A stretch of DNA of 58,897 nucleotides from positions 1 through 58,897 of the forward strand of contig MNCI01001119.1 in assembly GCA_015680685.1 (NCBI GenBank), in the 5' to 3' direction. Below the pieces are notes generated by a model. That model had not been told where the DNA came from, searched no databases, and saw only the letters and a list, made by a program, of their open reading frames with translations. This DNA comes from Gnetum montanum (lineage: Eukaryota > Plantae > Gnetophyta). Shown one piece after another: positions 26,997 to 39,143 of the stretch (positions within the stretch are counted from its first letter, which is position 1; each line of letters begins with the position of its first letter). Made by a program: the position numbers and the translations under genes.

Positions 26997-27190
26997 CACG
27001 CCAGCTTGTCAAGCCAGCTTATGCATGCCAGCTTGTTAAGCTAGTTGATGCACGCCAGCTTGTCAAGCCAGCTTACGCACACCAGCTTGTCAAGCCAGCT
27101 TACACACGTCAGCTTGTCAAGCCAACTTACGCATGCCAACTTTTCAAGCTAGCTTATGCACACTCAGCTTGTCTAGCCCAGTTTACTCAC
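26997..27190 (+). repeat. 27-bp tandem repeat (~7 copies) in the B leader
   Basis: Unit CACGCCAGCTTGTCAAGCCAGCTTACG. Confidence 0.85.
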
Positions 27191-27197
27191 ACTTGCT

Positions 27198-30100
27198 ATG
27201 GAATCTTCCTAGATCAACACAGCGACACTGCCCATCTCTAACTTTGGGGTCGAGACCTCAAACCCTGTGACTGCGATGGAACCCATAACTATCATTGAAT
27301 AGATAAATCCTCAAGGTCCAACTTGCCAGTCACTTAGGCTACAGGGCAAAGAACCTACTTATGCAATCCTCACACCAGAACAATATAACTTCATTTGTGT
27401 GAAGATTCAAGCCAACCTGCCTATCAATCACGTATAAAGAGAAGCAAAGAGAAACTATGAGCTCATTTACAAGGGAGTTCATGAGTTCACTTCCTCAGCA
27501 TTTGATATAATCCCCCTTTATGAGCCCCATCATCAACTCATATCTTAGCTTCTCATGGCAAGGAGTCAAGCCTTATAGCCATCTCCGATAGAGCCTCAAA
27601 GTGGATAGGAGGAAGATGACTTTATAGCCCAATCTGAGCATGGGGCTTTATACCATACCGTCAGTCCTCATGCCCATACAAACCCATCATTCCAACCTTT
27701 CCTAGAAGAAGCCATACTTCTTCCTTTATCTATAAACACTCGAGCACTAGCTTCTCTATAGGAAGTAGCCACTTCCATTCCCACCTTCTCCATGCCCAAC
27801 ACTCAATTTGATATGTCCATCTCCATCATACCTCTAGTCACTGCGTTACCTTTTCCTCCGCAAGTACAGTCCCAACAACTGCAACCTCCAACTAATGCAA
27901 GATCAATCTTCTAACCTCAAGTAATTAGGATACCATTAGTTATACTAGCTTCCACATCCACCCACTACATACCACAAGTACAAACCCATGGATCACCTCT
28001 GATTACTTCATCCCAACACATTCAGGATGTCACCTCACAACCTATGGCTGGGTAGTGGGTTTCACCAGCTGTTCAGGAACCCCAACCTACTGACTACAAT
28101 GTACTGCACCCTGCAATCCCATCCTTGAATGTTTCTTCACCACAACAACTGACAATCCAACAGTCTCCATTTCCAAAAATAATGCAAAAATCAAACTATT
28201 ACCAATTGCAATCTACTCAACCAGCTGGCTTGCCTACCGCCCAAGAGTGGGTAGACACAAAGAACATGATGCACTCATTAACTGAGGAAATAAAGTACCT
28301 TAAAACTACAAACACTGAGGAAGTCAAGGTGCTAGATTTCTACAAAGATGACCCAATCCACCCTTCAGTTCCACCCTTAACCTTACCAAATTGAATCTCA
28401 TTACCTCAACTAGCCAAATATAATGGAGAAGAAGATCCAAATACCCATCTAGTAACATTTCGCCTAGAATGTCTATTGCTTCAGGCCTGGCCTCATGCAA
28501 TTCTATATGTATTTGCTATGTCCTTGATAGGAAAATATTTAGACTAGTACCGAGCATTACCTTGTAACTCCATATCCTCTCTAGAGGATTTGTTACATTA
28601 GTTCATTACCCATTTCAAATATAATTTAAAACCTGAGGTCACACTAGATGGTTTGATTTAATTAAACAGGCGTTGTTAGAGCTAGTACAAAAATTTATCC
28701 AAAGGTGGAGTGCAGCCCTGAACAAAATTCATGAGCCCATCCCTAAAACATATTTGCTTACCATCCTTAAGGAAGCCATGAATGACATCATTAAATCAAA
28801 AATTTATTACTTGAGTGCTCGTACTTTGAGTCAAGGATTCGCACAAATTAAGAACATAGAAGAGGCAGCGCAAGTAAGTAAAGACCTAGCTTACATAGCC
28901 TTTAAGAGCTAACATATGAGGAAAGATAAGGATAAATCCAAAACAATGGTGGCAACAGTGGCAGAGACATTCCAACCTAATCATTCATGACAGAAAGGAA
29001 ATAACTCGCTGCTCCAAATAGCCATGAAAGAACCACATCTATGCCTACACCCGAATCTTCCTCAAATAAAAACACCAACATGGGTCACACTCGTACATTC
29101 GAACGAAAATATCCCACTCAATATAAACCCTTGCCTATGAAGCCTTCACAATTGTTAGATCAACTTCTAAGGGCCAGGTTAATCAAACAAAAACAAATGT
29201 CCCCCACGGTGTTCCAAGAACATGATCGATTATGTGAGTTGGCTAAAAACCTAACTTTAGCAACAGCTAATGAGTCTCCCATTCTAAGAGGCTTTAGGTT
29301 GGACAGATTTTGTGAATATCACCAATGGTGTGGGCATGGAATTAACTACTGCTTTACTTTAAAATAAGATATACAACACATGATTGACAAGGGTGAAATA
29401 GTATTTGACGAGGCAAACCCAATAAAGCTCCAAAACCAACCCATGGGAGTCTACAAGGACCCTCTCAATACTAAAGACTCATCATACGTGATTAACACTA
29501 TTCATGTGAAAAATGGGCAAGACACCTCTTGAAAACATTTTGTAATCTGCAAACCTTCTGGGACTATGCCTACCTCAACACCTCCCCGATCCCCTTTCAT
29601 CATACGCACATTCCCTGCACCACAAAAACCATGCATCATTTGCATACCTCCTTCTGTCACAATGGTAACCATACCATTAGAAACTTGATCCACTTCCTTT
29701 GTGATTCAGGTGCCAAAACACCTTGACATGCAACCCCCTACAGTTCCCCTGAGACCCTTGTGAGAGTGCCTTGTTGACAGGCTCACAAGAGAGTGCCTAG
29801 AAAAGGAACATCATGAGCATGAATTGGGGTCACTAAAGCCCATACCACTAAATGTTGTTCCTATGGTTCCACCCACCAATGAGCCTAGCACAAGCCATCG
29901 AGATAAGCATACCAAGACTCCCAGTGTCCCAAACTCAACATCCTTAGTTCGCAACACAAGAATCCCTCCATGAGAGATACGAATGCTGGGTCAAATGGAC
30001 CAAGTATTCACAGACAAGAGCATCCCAAGTGGTAAGGATCCAGCGAGTGCACTAACCCAAGTCACACAATCTTTGAAACAAAAGAACACGTCCTTAAGCC

Positions 30101-30958
30101 TATACGATCTAGTAATGACGTCACTGATACATCAGGAAGCTCTTGTGTGTATGTTGACTTCAGTTTTGTTAGCAAGGACCTTCCCACAGATGAGCCATCC
30201 ATTTATGTAGTACTATCCTCACAACCTCAAGAATCGAGGCCCACAGCCCTAGAGTTTCATGATAATGATATTAAGTGAGATGAGAAAATTGGAGAGGTCA
30301 CTACAGCCGCTATGTTCATAAAAATACAAGTCAATCACTTCATGATACGTAGGGTGCATGTCAATGACGGTGTAGCAAAAAATGTAATACCCTTTCTTGT
30401 TATCAAAAAACTGGGTCTTACAAAGTAAATACGGCCCACAAAAATTTCCTTTTTAAAAGCCTTCAATGGTTCCCGTGTCATGGTAAAGGCATGCTTACCT
30501 TGGATTTCATAGTAGGGGACCAGTTCCCCACATCGGCTGAATTCATAGGGGTTGATGAAATGCTAGGGTTTAATCTGATTCTAGGACAACCTTGGTTAGC
30601 TCAACCTAGAGTCGTATCCTCACCAATCCATCAAGAAATCCACCTACCCTTTGAGAGTGGTAAGATCATCATACATGGGAACACGGTGACATCAGTTACT
30701 TCCTTGCATTCAGGAATGGATCAAGGATCAGAGGTTGAGTTCTTTGAACCAAAATAAGAAACCATGAGCCCACTTCAAGGCATGAACCAATTGTTAACCC
30801 ATGACCCTACTAGAACTGAGGAAGCACTAGATGTCATAGACATAGGAGCCATTCTTGTTGACGTCTCTTGATCAGAGCTACATTTTGACATCTCCAGTGA
30901 AGGGGAAGGTGAGTATAAGATCGTACCTACATGCCCCACGCCTCACATCAAACTATGA
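27198..30958 (+). pseudogene. gag: Decayed gag-protease of B
   Basis: AKYNGEEDPNTHL, DRFCEYHQWCGHGINYCFTLK, protease RVHVNDG...FNLILGQPWL. Confidence 0.85.
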
Positions 30959-31449
30959 AGAAAAAGGAACAACTAAATAACTAGAGCAAACTATCAAGAA
31001 TCCAGAAAGATGTTAAACTAGTAACCATTTGGTATGATGTTAGACTACCAATGAATGTCTGTAATGATGTTAAACTAGCCATGGTCAGAAATGACCGATT
31101 CCTTTTAAGTTTCTTAAAGCTATTATCGCTTTCATCCCACTATGGCCTAAAACTAGTAATTCCTCTTTCTTTGTTCAACACAGAAACAATACCATGACTC
31201 TAAACTAATGTGCATGGCCTGAAATGGCCTTAAACTAGAGCTCAATATGTTTCAAGTTTACAAACTCTCATTACGTTATGTCAAATTTTCATTTACATGT
31301 CACAAGTTGCAATTTCAATTCATGCATTCTCGTTCCTTTTCTTTTTACAAATATTTTCCTTACATTTTGTTCTACATTTTGGAATCTCATTTTACATTCA
31401 GCTACACACATATGTTCACAATATGTCTGAGAAAATAAGAAAAAGAACA

Positions 31450-31472
31450 ATATATATATATATATATATATA
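31450..31472. repeat. (AT)n microsatellite
   Basis: Direct read. Confidence 0.9.
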
Positions 31473-31615
31473 AAATATTTAACGTCAACATGGCAATAGA
31501 ATGCCAACACATTATGCCACGATTAAATCCATATAATTACATCTATCCTCATACATTTCCATTAAACATAAAAAATTCAAAACATTTGGTAGCTAAAGCT
31601 AGACTAATAGGTAGT

Positions 31616-31850
31616 TCACACATCAGTACTAGGAGGGGGCTAGCCCCCAAAATCTTAGACATCATCTGCTCCTACTCCACTGGTGCCAACCTCATCATTA
31701 CTATGTCCCTAGAATGAAATGAAAAACAAACAAATAGGTAAGCATAACAAAAAAAATCATGAATACAAACCTAGAAGAACATTAACACTAACACTAAAAA
31801 TTATAAAACCATACAAAAGTAAGCACCATAATAAAACACTCACAGGTGAA
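31616..31850 (-). pseudogene. Remnant last exon and last intron of the antisense accessory gene in B
   Basis: Exon 31616-31708 reads GHSNDEVGTSGVGADDV*DFGG*PPPSTDV*, matching the last exon of D; intron 31709-31843 has GTGAGT...TTCATTCTAG on the minus strand. Confidence 0.8.
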
Positions 31851-31970
31851 GAGGGCCTTACTTAGTCACCAAGGTGTACAATAACAGAGCATTCAAAACT
31901 TACTAACATGGATGGGAATGAGTTTGTTAATCCCACAAATCACCTATACCTGAAACCATTCTATGTCTAA
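31851..31970 (+). pseudogene. Integrase C-terminal tail of B
   Basis: GPYLVTKVYNNRAFKLTNMDGNEFVNPTNHLYLKPFYV*, matching the A and D integrase ends. Confidence 0.85.
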
Positions 31971-31989
31971 TGAACTTGAGGTATGTAAC

Positions 31990-32315
31990 TGTCCTGGAAT
32001 CATGACCTAAAACTGATACCATAGAATGGTCCTGGGGCTATGACTTGAAACTAGCACCATAGAGTGTCCTAGCATCATGATAGTAAACTAACACCATAGA
32101 GCTCCATCCGGTATGACACTAAACTGCCACATTTGTCTACCATGACATAAAACTAGCATGTAGAGTCTGCTAAGACTATAAACTAGTTTTCCTCTTTACA
32201 GTCTGCTATGACTATAAACTAGCACTACATCGTTTGTTATGACTCTAAACTAGTGCCATCCAAAGGGTTATGACATGAAACTAACCCACAATAGTCCGCT
32301 AAGACTATAAATTGT
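31990..32315 (+). repeat. Diverged 3' UTR tandem repeats (B)
   Basis: Recurrent ATGAC..TAAACTAG units. Confidence 0.65.
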
Positions 32316-33405
32316 TGACATCATTGACAACTAGGAAATACTTGAAAAGATATGTTGCTATAATTAGTTATATGTGTTGCACAAAGACTTGCTACATAAC
32401 CTGTTTCATGGACCCTGATGAAGATGATGCTGTTCATGATTCTATCTACTTTGAAATCACACATGGTGGCTCGATCTCCTTGGTTATATTCAAGTTTAAA
32501 GTGCTTATTTAACTGAATCATTTGTGGTTTTCTTGTCTTCTTGGAGTTATGTTTGTAGGAGAACATGCTCGAGGCGTTCGTGCATAGATGTAGTTCTTCA
32601 TGACAACAAGGTATCATATTCCTCCTAATGCATGCAACTGGGTTAATCAATCCATTCATAAGTACATTCCTGAATCTTGATACATTCTATTTTCCCCATC
32701 ATGTTCCCCTTATCCTATTCAATTACACCCCCTTGATACATTCTACTCATCCCAAAGTTCTTGATACACTGTTGCACACTATGTTTCTCTAAGCAGTTGC
32801 AACGCAAAACACAGTACATGGTACATGATACAAATGCAAGCGCATGACCATGAGTACAGCACTGAAAGCAATCTCTTTCAAAAAGAAAAAAAAAGATTAA
32901 AGAGAAAAATGCATGGAAAAGGTCTTCATGACACCATTGACGTCATAGACCAAAAGACCATTGGCTCTTCTCATACAAGCCCCAGGCAGGAAGGTAATTT
33001 TTTTGAAAAAATAGTTACACTTGTGTCTGAAATGATCATGTNTTTTTGAAAAAATAGTTACACTTGTGTCTGAAATGATCATGTTGCACATCATTGCATG
33101 AATTTGGCTATTTACAACGGGCCCCCATAAAAACTCTAAATAGAGTCCTGTTTCTCCAAAGAACGCACCTCCTATGTCTTGGTTCTGAGTCTGCTAAACA
33201 CTGGCTATTGACAAGGACTAAAAATAGGGCTTGTTCATGTGAGAGCATTCCTCTCCCACAATTACAAAAGCAATTATAACTAAACCCCTCACATCTTAAC
33301 CTACATTGCCCCAATCTCATGTACTTTTGAACATAGTGCGATGACGTCCAGGCAAGGGCCAATGGATAATGCTTGGTACTTGGTTACTCGTGGTGTTTTG
33401 TACTT

Positions 33406-33459
33406 CTTTGTCAATGCCTCTCGGGTGGATTCCCCTAAACATCAACAAAGAGGGGCCAA
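33406..33459 (+). promoter_or_regulatory. Hairpin and polypurine tract of B
   Basis: CTTTGTCAATG...CATCAACAAAG then AGGGGCCAA before the LTR. Confidence 0.75.
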
Positions 33460-35151
33460 TAAAACACCACAAATTTTACCCTAACACTATGAAATGAGAA
33501 CAACTTAGAGTCTTTTGAGCTCTTGAGAGGCAAAATTTTGGCTAATGCATGGAATTCACATTGGGCTTGTCAAGCTGAGCGTGCCCCCAGCGTGAGCAAC
33601 TATAAAGACTTCAAGATCAAGTTAAAAATGGTCCAATCTGAGTGTGCAAGTCATCTTCATAGGGCCATTATTGTCCACTTCAAGTTTCAGCATTCAGGAG
33701 TTTAGATTTTGGGCCAGATTATACAAATTTTCTTGGTCACATTGAGGTCACGTTGAGGTCATGTTGGCAGCATGAGTCTAGCATGAGCAACTCCAAGGAC
33801 CTTAAAATTGAGTCAAAATGATTTGACTTCAAAGGTGTAAGTCATCCTTAGGGTTCGTTGATGACTATTTCAAGTCCTAGCCTCCATAATTCCATACTTC
33901 AGGTCCAAAATTACTAAGTTTTTGTAGGACACGCTATGGTCACACTGAGCTCACAATGGTAACATGAGTCCAGCGTGAGCAATCAAAAGTAGTTCAAAAC
34001 AAGGCACATCCAAGCTTAATTTTTGACTTGCAGATCACTCTCAGGGTCAGAAATAGTTATGCTGTACTCAAGAAACAGGCTTCAAAGATCAAAAATTGAT
34101 GTGAAATGTATCATTTTTAGCTCACTCATGCCTAGGTCACGCTGAGGTCACACTGGTAGCGTGAGTATAGCGTGAGTACTGATCACACCCAATCAAAAGC
34201 ACACCAAACACATGCTGACACACCAAGATAAAATAAAATCACACTAAAATCTTTGGTGAAATAAAGATTCCTCAAACAGCCACAAAACCACTCGCATCGA
34301 CACCCTGCAGTAGTCAATTTAGGGATCGAGAAGTTCCAATTGAGTTGGAGTCAATTTCTCTTGTTGTACACTATCATTTCATTGTAAATTTTCATCATTT
34401 GTGAGCTTGTCAAGCTCTTATGCTTCAAATTGTATCTACTTCTATGGGTGTAAGCTAGCTTGCATAAGCCAATACACAATGTAAGATATAGTGCATTTGA
34501 TCAAGAATGTAGCTTTCCTATGCACATCCAGTTCTCATGCAATTGCCCATCAAACACCCATCACATGATTCATCCTCTTCTCATCTCTCATCGATTGATC
34601 TCATCCATGAATTTCACATTTGAGTCTAGCCAAACCTTATAAATACCCCGTCCATTCACATAAATGGGGTTGGCAATTTTGAAGGTTGACGACTTTGGGA
34701 ACATTGACTGGTAACTTTGGGCACTCGGGCACACATGACTCCTAGCATCCAAGCACCTGAAACACATCACTCCGAGGCTTAGCACTTGACTTGCCATCTA
34801 CACCCGCAACTACACTTTGACTAGTGTAGATCCTTGGTAGGTAATATAATACAATTCATCATTACTTTCCATTACATTGTTTACTTTTTTCTAATTCATT
34901 TTACACTTTTGTATATGCTTCGTTTACATTTTGTATTTTACCAGTTACGATAACCCCAGTGCAAGCCATAGCTTACGCTTAGGGAAGTCCTTGGTTGATT
35001 TGTGTGTAGACCATCTAATGCACTCTACGTTCATTTCTTGCTTTTATAGCTTACTCTCACATGAAGGTAGGGTCAGCTATGTCTCTTTAGAAATCTTTTG
35101 ACATTTGGTTTTTTCCTTTCCAGCCTTACGTCGATGATTTTGGTCAACACA
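33460..35151 (+). repeat. 3' LTR of B
   Basis: Colinear with the 5' LTR; TATAAATA at 34638. Confidence 0.9.
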
Positions 35152-35156
35152 ACTAC

Positions 35157-35830
35157 CACGTGTGATTCTTGGTGAGTTTGTTGTTGTGTATACTATGGCA
35201 GATGTGATAGCTGTACCATGGGTACAGAAGTCATGGCCCACCATGTGATTAAGGTTTGGGCCATTGTTGGTAGTGGGACTGAGATGACTAGGACAAAGGA
35301 CATGTGACTCATCTGTGGCTGCAATATGGACATGGTATGCACATATGGTAGCATTGGCATCATGAATGCAAGCTAGAAAGGCTGAATAGACTGTGAAGAA
35401 ATGACAAAGAGGAAAGAAGAAAAAGGTCCTACATTGTGTTACGTAGGCAAGAATTTGTGGCTAGCTACACTGGTAGGGACTTAAGCTATGGAAATGTCAT
35501 AGCTACCTTAAAGAAGGTAGAGGTCTATGACTGATGTAGCATGAAAATGGAGGTAGGCTATTGGACCGAGATGTAGAATGAGATGCCACTGTTAAAATGG
35601 GATTCAAACTCCTCATACCCATCCTATAGGGGCTCATCATTGTTTGAGACTACATCTTGTTCTTTTGGCCCACTGACCCTAATGAGTTGATCTAAGATCC
35701 ACTTGAAGTTGTCAGTGTGGTATGACCACATGAGTGGTGGGAAAGAAGTCCCTCCCATTTCAATGAATGATTTTTTTGAGAGAATGTTCGAGATTGTATT
35801 ATTGAAAGTATGGTACACGAGTATACAAGT
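35157..35830 (-). pseudogene. gag: N-terminal gag of A, continuing beyond the B insertion
   Basis: Resumes after the B TSD; Pro/Gln/Thr-rich minus-strand frame similar in position to the gag N-termini of B and C. Confidence 0.55.
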
Positions 35831-35835
35831 ACAAG

Positions 35836-36201
35836 CGGGGGGGGGGGGGGGGTGGGGGGGCCTGTGGGTGGCCCACCCCGAAAAGAAGGGGGGATGGGCC
35901 CCGACCACCCACAAAAGATCAAACTCGGAGGACCGAGCGGCGCCATTGTGCCACCAAAATGTACAGACCTCAAAACCTCAAAACCCCCAACAAGAGAAAA
36001 AAGGGGGGGTGGCGCACCCCTGACAGGGGGGACGCTAACAAAAGAAAAAAAAAGGGGGGGGGGAGAAAAAAGGGGGGGGAGAAGGAGGGAGAAGGGGGAA
36101 GGGAGAAGGGAGAGGGGGGGGGACGCAACCCCAATAGACAGACAAGACAACATCGCCAGCCACCGGGGGGGGGGGGGGGGAGGGGGGGGGGGGGGGGGGG
36201 G
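35836..36201. other. Poly-G/purine low-complexity segment, probable sequencing or assembly noise
   Basis: Long G and A homopolymers, abrupt compositional change. Confidence 0.6.
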
Positions 36202-36205
36202 TTAG

Positions 36206-36830
36206 CTAGGGGCGAGTCAGCAGCTGGCGACAGGGGCACCGAGGCCGCTCCAGCTCATGAAGCAGGTCCAGGGTGGCATGATGCTCCTTGGTGTCCACGA
36301 AGTTAGCGGCCTGATAGAAGCCCTGCATAAGAGCCTCACACCTGCTCCGGTCCATCGGGGAATCCCCCACATCAGGGTGGAATCTAGCGGACGTGCGCCT
36401 GATATGTCAGCTGAGCTCCCCCCAGGAGAGCATTCACAGCTAATGCCTAAAATACTGTACGGGCAGCGCCCCCCCTAAGCCACTAGCGGGTGCTGTGTTG
36501 ATGTGCCCGGTCGAGTTGCCGTTGCTGTTGCTCTTCTTCCTCCTGTAGGCACTCCTATTCTTCCCAGGCCACCGCCTCCTAAGCCTGATGGACCACCTCC
36601 TCCTGATGCAACTCCTCCCTGATTCGGGCCCGGAGCTCATCCATGAGCTGGGCCCGCAGGGTCTCCATCGTGAGCGTATGCTGCTTGTTCAACTGTTGTG
36701 CTTGTTCCTGAAGCTGGGCTTCGTGGTCAGCACGGCACTGGGCCAGGGTCTCGGTCCACCGAAGCTCCGAAGTCTGTCGCTTGGCTTCCCGAGCCGCATC
36801 GACCGCCTATTGAAGCTGCTTGTTCAATGA
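36206..36830 (-). pseudogene. GC-rich decayed ORF: Glu/Gln coiled-coil followed by an HPD J-domain-like segment
   Basis: Manual translation ...EAQLQEQAQQLNKQ...ELS*HIRRTSARFHPDVGDSPMDRSRCEALMQGFYQAANFV...; one frameshift in a G run; stops explainable by C>T. Confidence 0.5.
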
Positions 36831-36895
36831 ATGATTTTAAAAATATGATTCACTTCTATTTCTTTGCAGTCTAATGATAGGCTCACCTAAGGCTT

Positions 36896-38503
36896 TGTAT
36901 TGATAGTAAAGAAATGTAAGAGTTATGCTTAAAATTATAAACAAATGCTTAGAAAAGAAATGAAAAAAAAAATCTTTAGAGTAGAGAAATGCATTGCCCC
37001 AAAATTGGAAAGTGTAACTTTTTCTTGAATAGGAGGTGAGAGTAGTATGCAGTGTCAGGCAAGCACAGTGGCTATGTAGTAGTGTAGTCATAGTCTCTAG
37101 GACATCAAGGTCATAAAGCTAGTAGCTAGAAGGGAGGCTAAACCTACTGGGTCAACTGTCACCATGTTCTACTAGTGCAAAAGTGGACCACGTTGCGGTA
37201 CTCACTAAGGGGTAAAGCTCGGATGCTTAAGTGCAGGACTGACAAGGATGCTCAGGAGGCTTGAATGCTTAATGCTCTTCTAATTTTCCAACCTCTAAAG
37301 TGCTGAAAATTGAGGTATTTATAGAGCTAGGTTTAGCATGAAATGCGGATTAGGCATCATGTGGCATGCATGCCATGTGGCATGAGGGTAGATAGGGTTA
37401 CGCTAACATGTTATGCTCTCATGAGAGTTGCAAACTATTACACTTTGAAGGATAACAACGGGTATCTAGAGATTGCCAAACTATGACCACACTACCTGGA
37501 CTACATGTGCTAGAGTCTGAGAGACTACAATGTACCTACAAATAGTGTCAAAACAATGCAACTTGGAGACTACGCTCCAAGACTATGTCTTCCCCCTCTT
37601 CCGAGTAGGGCCAAGCATAGGAACAATTTCAAGGATTAATGGGGGATGCAAAAGAAATGCAAACTATTGATCTTCAGTACCGAAGGAATGTTAGAGATAA
37701 GATGAAGGTCAATGTCAAGTTCTAGAGGCTTTTGGAGGCATTTTCCTAGTGTTAAGCTAGCTACGCTCTAGAGCGTAGCACAACACTTAGCAAAATATTG
37801 CAAAATTTTGGTTTGCCATATTGGTTATGCTGGCTATGCTACAAAGAATAGTAGAGTGTAGCAAGGATACTATGACAAATTTTGATGAAATTTGCAGTCT
37901 TCCTCCATGGCACACTATCTACACTTTGTGGCATAGCAGGGTAGGCAACTTTGGAAGCCAAGAAACATGCCAAATGCATCTTCCATGTCAAGCTAGCTTG
38001 AAAGATCCTTGTCTAACACTTAGGTAAATTAGGCATTGAAACTTGTGTCATGCTCACTACACTATGGAGCATAGCAGAGCATAGCAACCAAAAATATAGA
38101 AAAATTGCCAAACTATTTCGTCCATCTTGAGCACTTTTGACAAACTCTAGCCTAGTACTTGGGAAAACTAGCAATCGGGACATGTGTCAAGCTAGGTATG
38201 CTAGGGAGCATAGCAAGCTTGACAGCCTAGGAGATAGAAAAATTTCCAAACTATTTGGTCCATCCGAAGCAACCCTTGATCACTTTTGGCTTGAAACTTA
38301 TGCAAACTAGCCATGGAAGTGTGTGCTATGCTGGGGAGTGTAGCAAGACACTTAGGAAAATTTTGCGAAAAATAGGACCCAATGTGTGTTACGTTGTCTA
38401 CACTACAGAGCATAGCACCAGACTTAGAAAAACTTTGTCCAAATTTTAACACTTAGACAAATCTACCATTGAATCGCAGAAGCCTGAAATTGATGGTGTT
38501 TCA
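36896..38503 (-). repeat. 5' LTR of A (U5 end and PBS missing)
   Basis: Colinear with 9267-10928; starts TGAAACACC on the minus strand. Confidence 0.85.
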
Positions 38504-39143
38504 CCTTAATCCTCCACATTGGCTCGACGCTAGGTAGCATGGAGGAGGGATTCACCAGTGTGAAAAAGGTTGTTTGTATGAAAACTACTTATTTTAATGT
38601 GAAATTGAGCTACTAGAGGTTTTCATTCTAGGTTAAGTGGGCCCACCCCAAGGATAAGACCTAGGCTTGATGAGAATTGGGGGGTAAGTATGGGTGTTAA
38701 CCCCCTTACTCCATGCTGGGTAGGATTACCCTAGTATGGATGCCCAAAATGTCAAGTTTTAACAAGACCTAACACCCTTTCAGTGCCTAGGGTTGGACGA
38801 GGTAGGTCACAACTATTAAAAATAACAATGGAGTCAGTATGAGAGTGTTGTGAGATAAGAAAGGCTGGTATCCATGTTGGCTACATGCTAGGCTCCATGC
38901 AGGCCATGAGGTCATACCCATCTAGCAAGTATGGGTTAGTGTTGAAAGGATGTATAAGGATAACATAAACCATGAAACATGGTATAAGGTTGCAAAGGTA
39001 AATAAGCTTTTGTTAGCAAAAGAAGGGATAATATATTTACAGTGCATTTATTATTTTACCTTTGATAAGTCAAAGGGCTTACTCTACACTATTGCACTAT
39101 CATCATACTACTTTTTTGACATGGAAATTAATAGGTGTTCTTG

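Larger units (their letters stand above)
24989..35151 (+). mobile_element. Tat/Ogre-type element 'B', internally deleted (RT, RH and most of INT missing), inserted in the gag of A
   Basis: LTRs 24989-26648 and 33460-35151; flanks GCCAC/ACTAC (TSD with two transitions); PBS; PPT. Confidence 0.9.
8959..38503 (-). mobile_element. Tat/Ogre-type LTR retrotransposon 'A' (interrupted by element B and by a GC-rich/poly-G segment)
   Basis: Paired LTRs 8959-10928 and ~36896-38503; PPT; minus-strand gag-PR, RT-RH-aRH-INT; only a weak TSD (CCCAA/CCTTA). Confidence 0.85.

Noticed and set aside
33000-33083. Direct duplication around the N at 33042
   Set aside because: Assembly gap overlap artifact
35692-36306. 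Several overlapping Gly/Pro-rich ORFs and possible G-quadruplex region
   Set aside because: Products of homopolymer-rich low-complexity sequence that is probably noise
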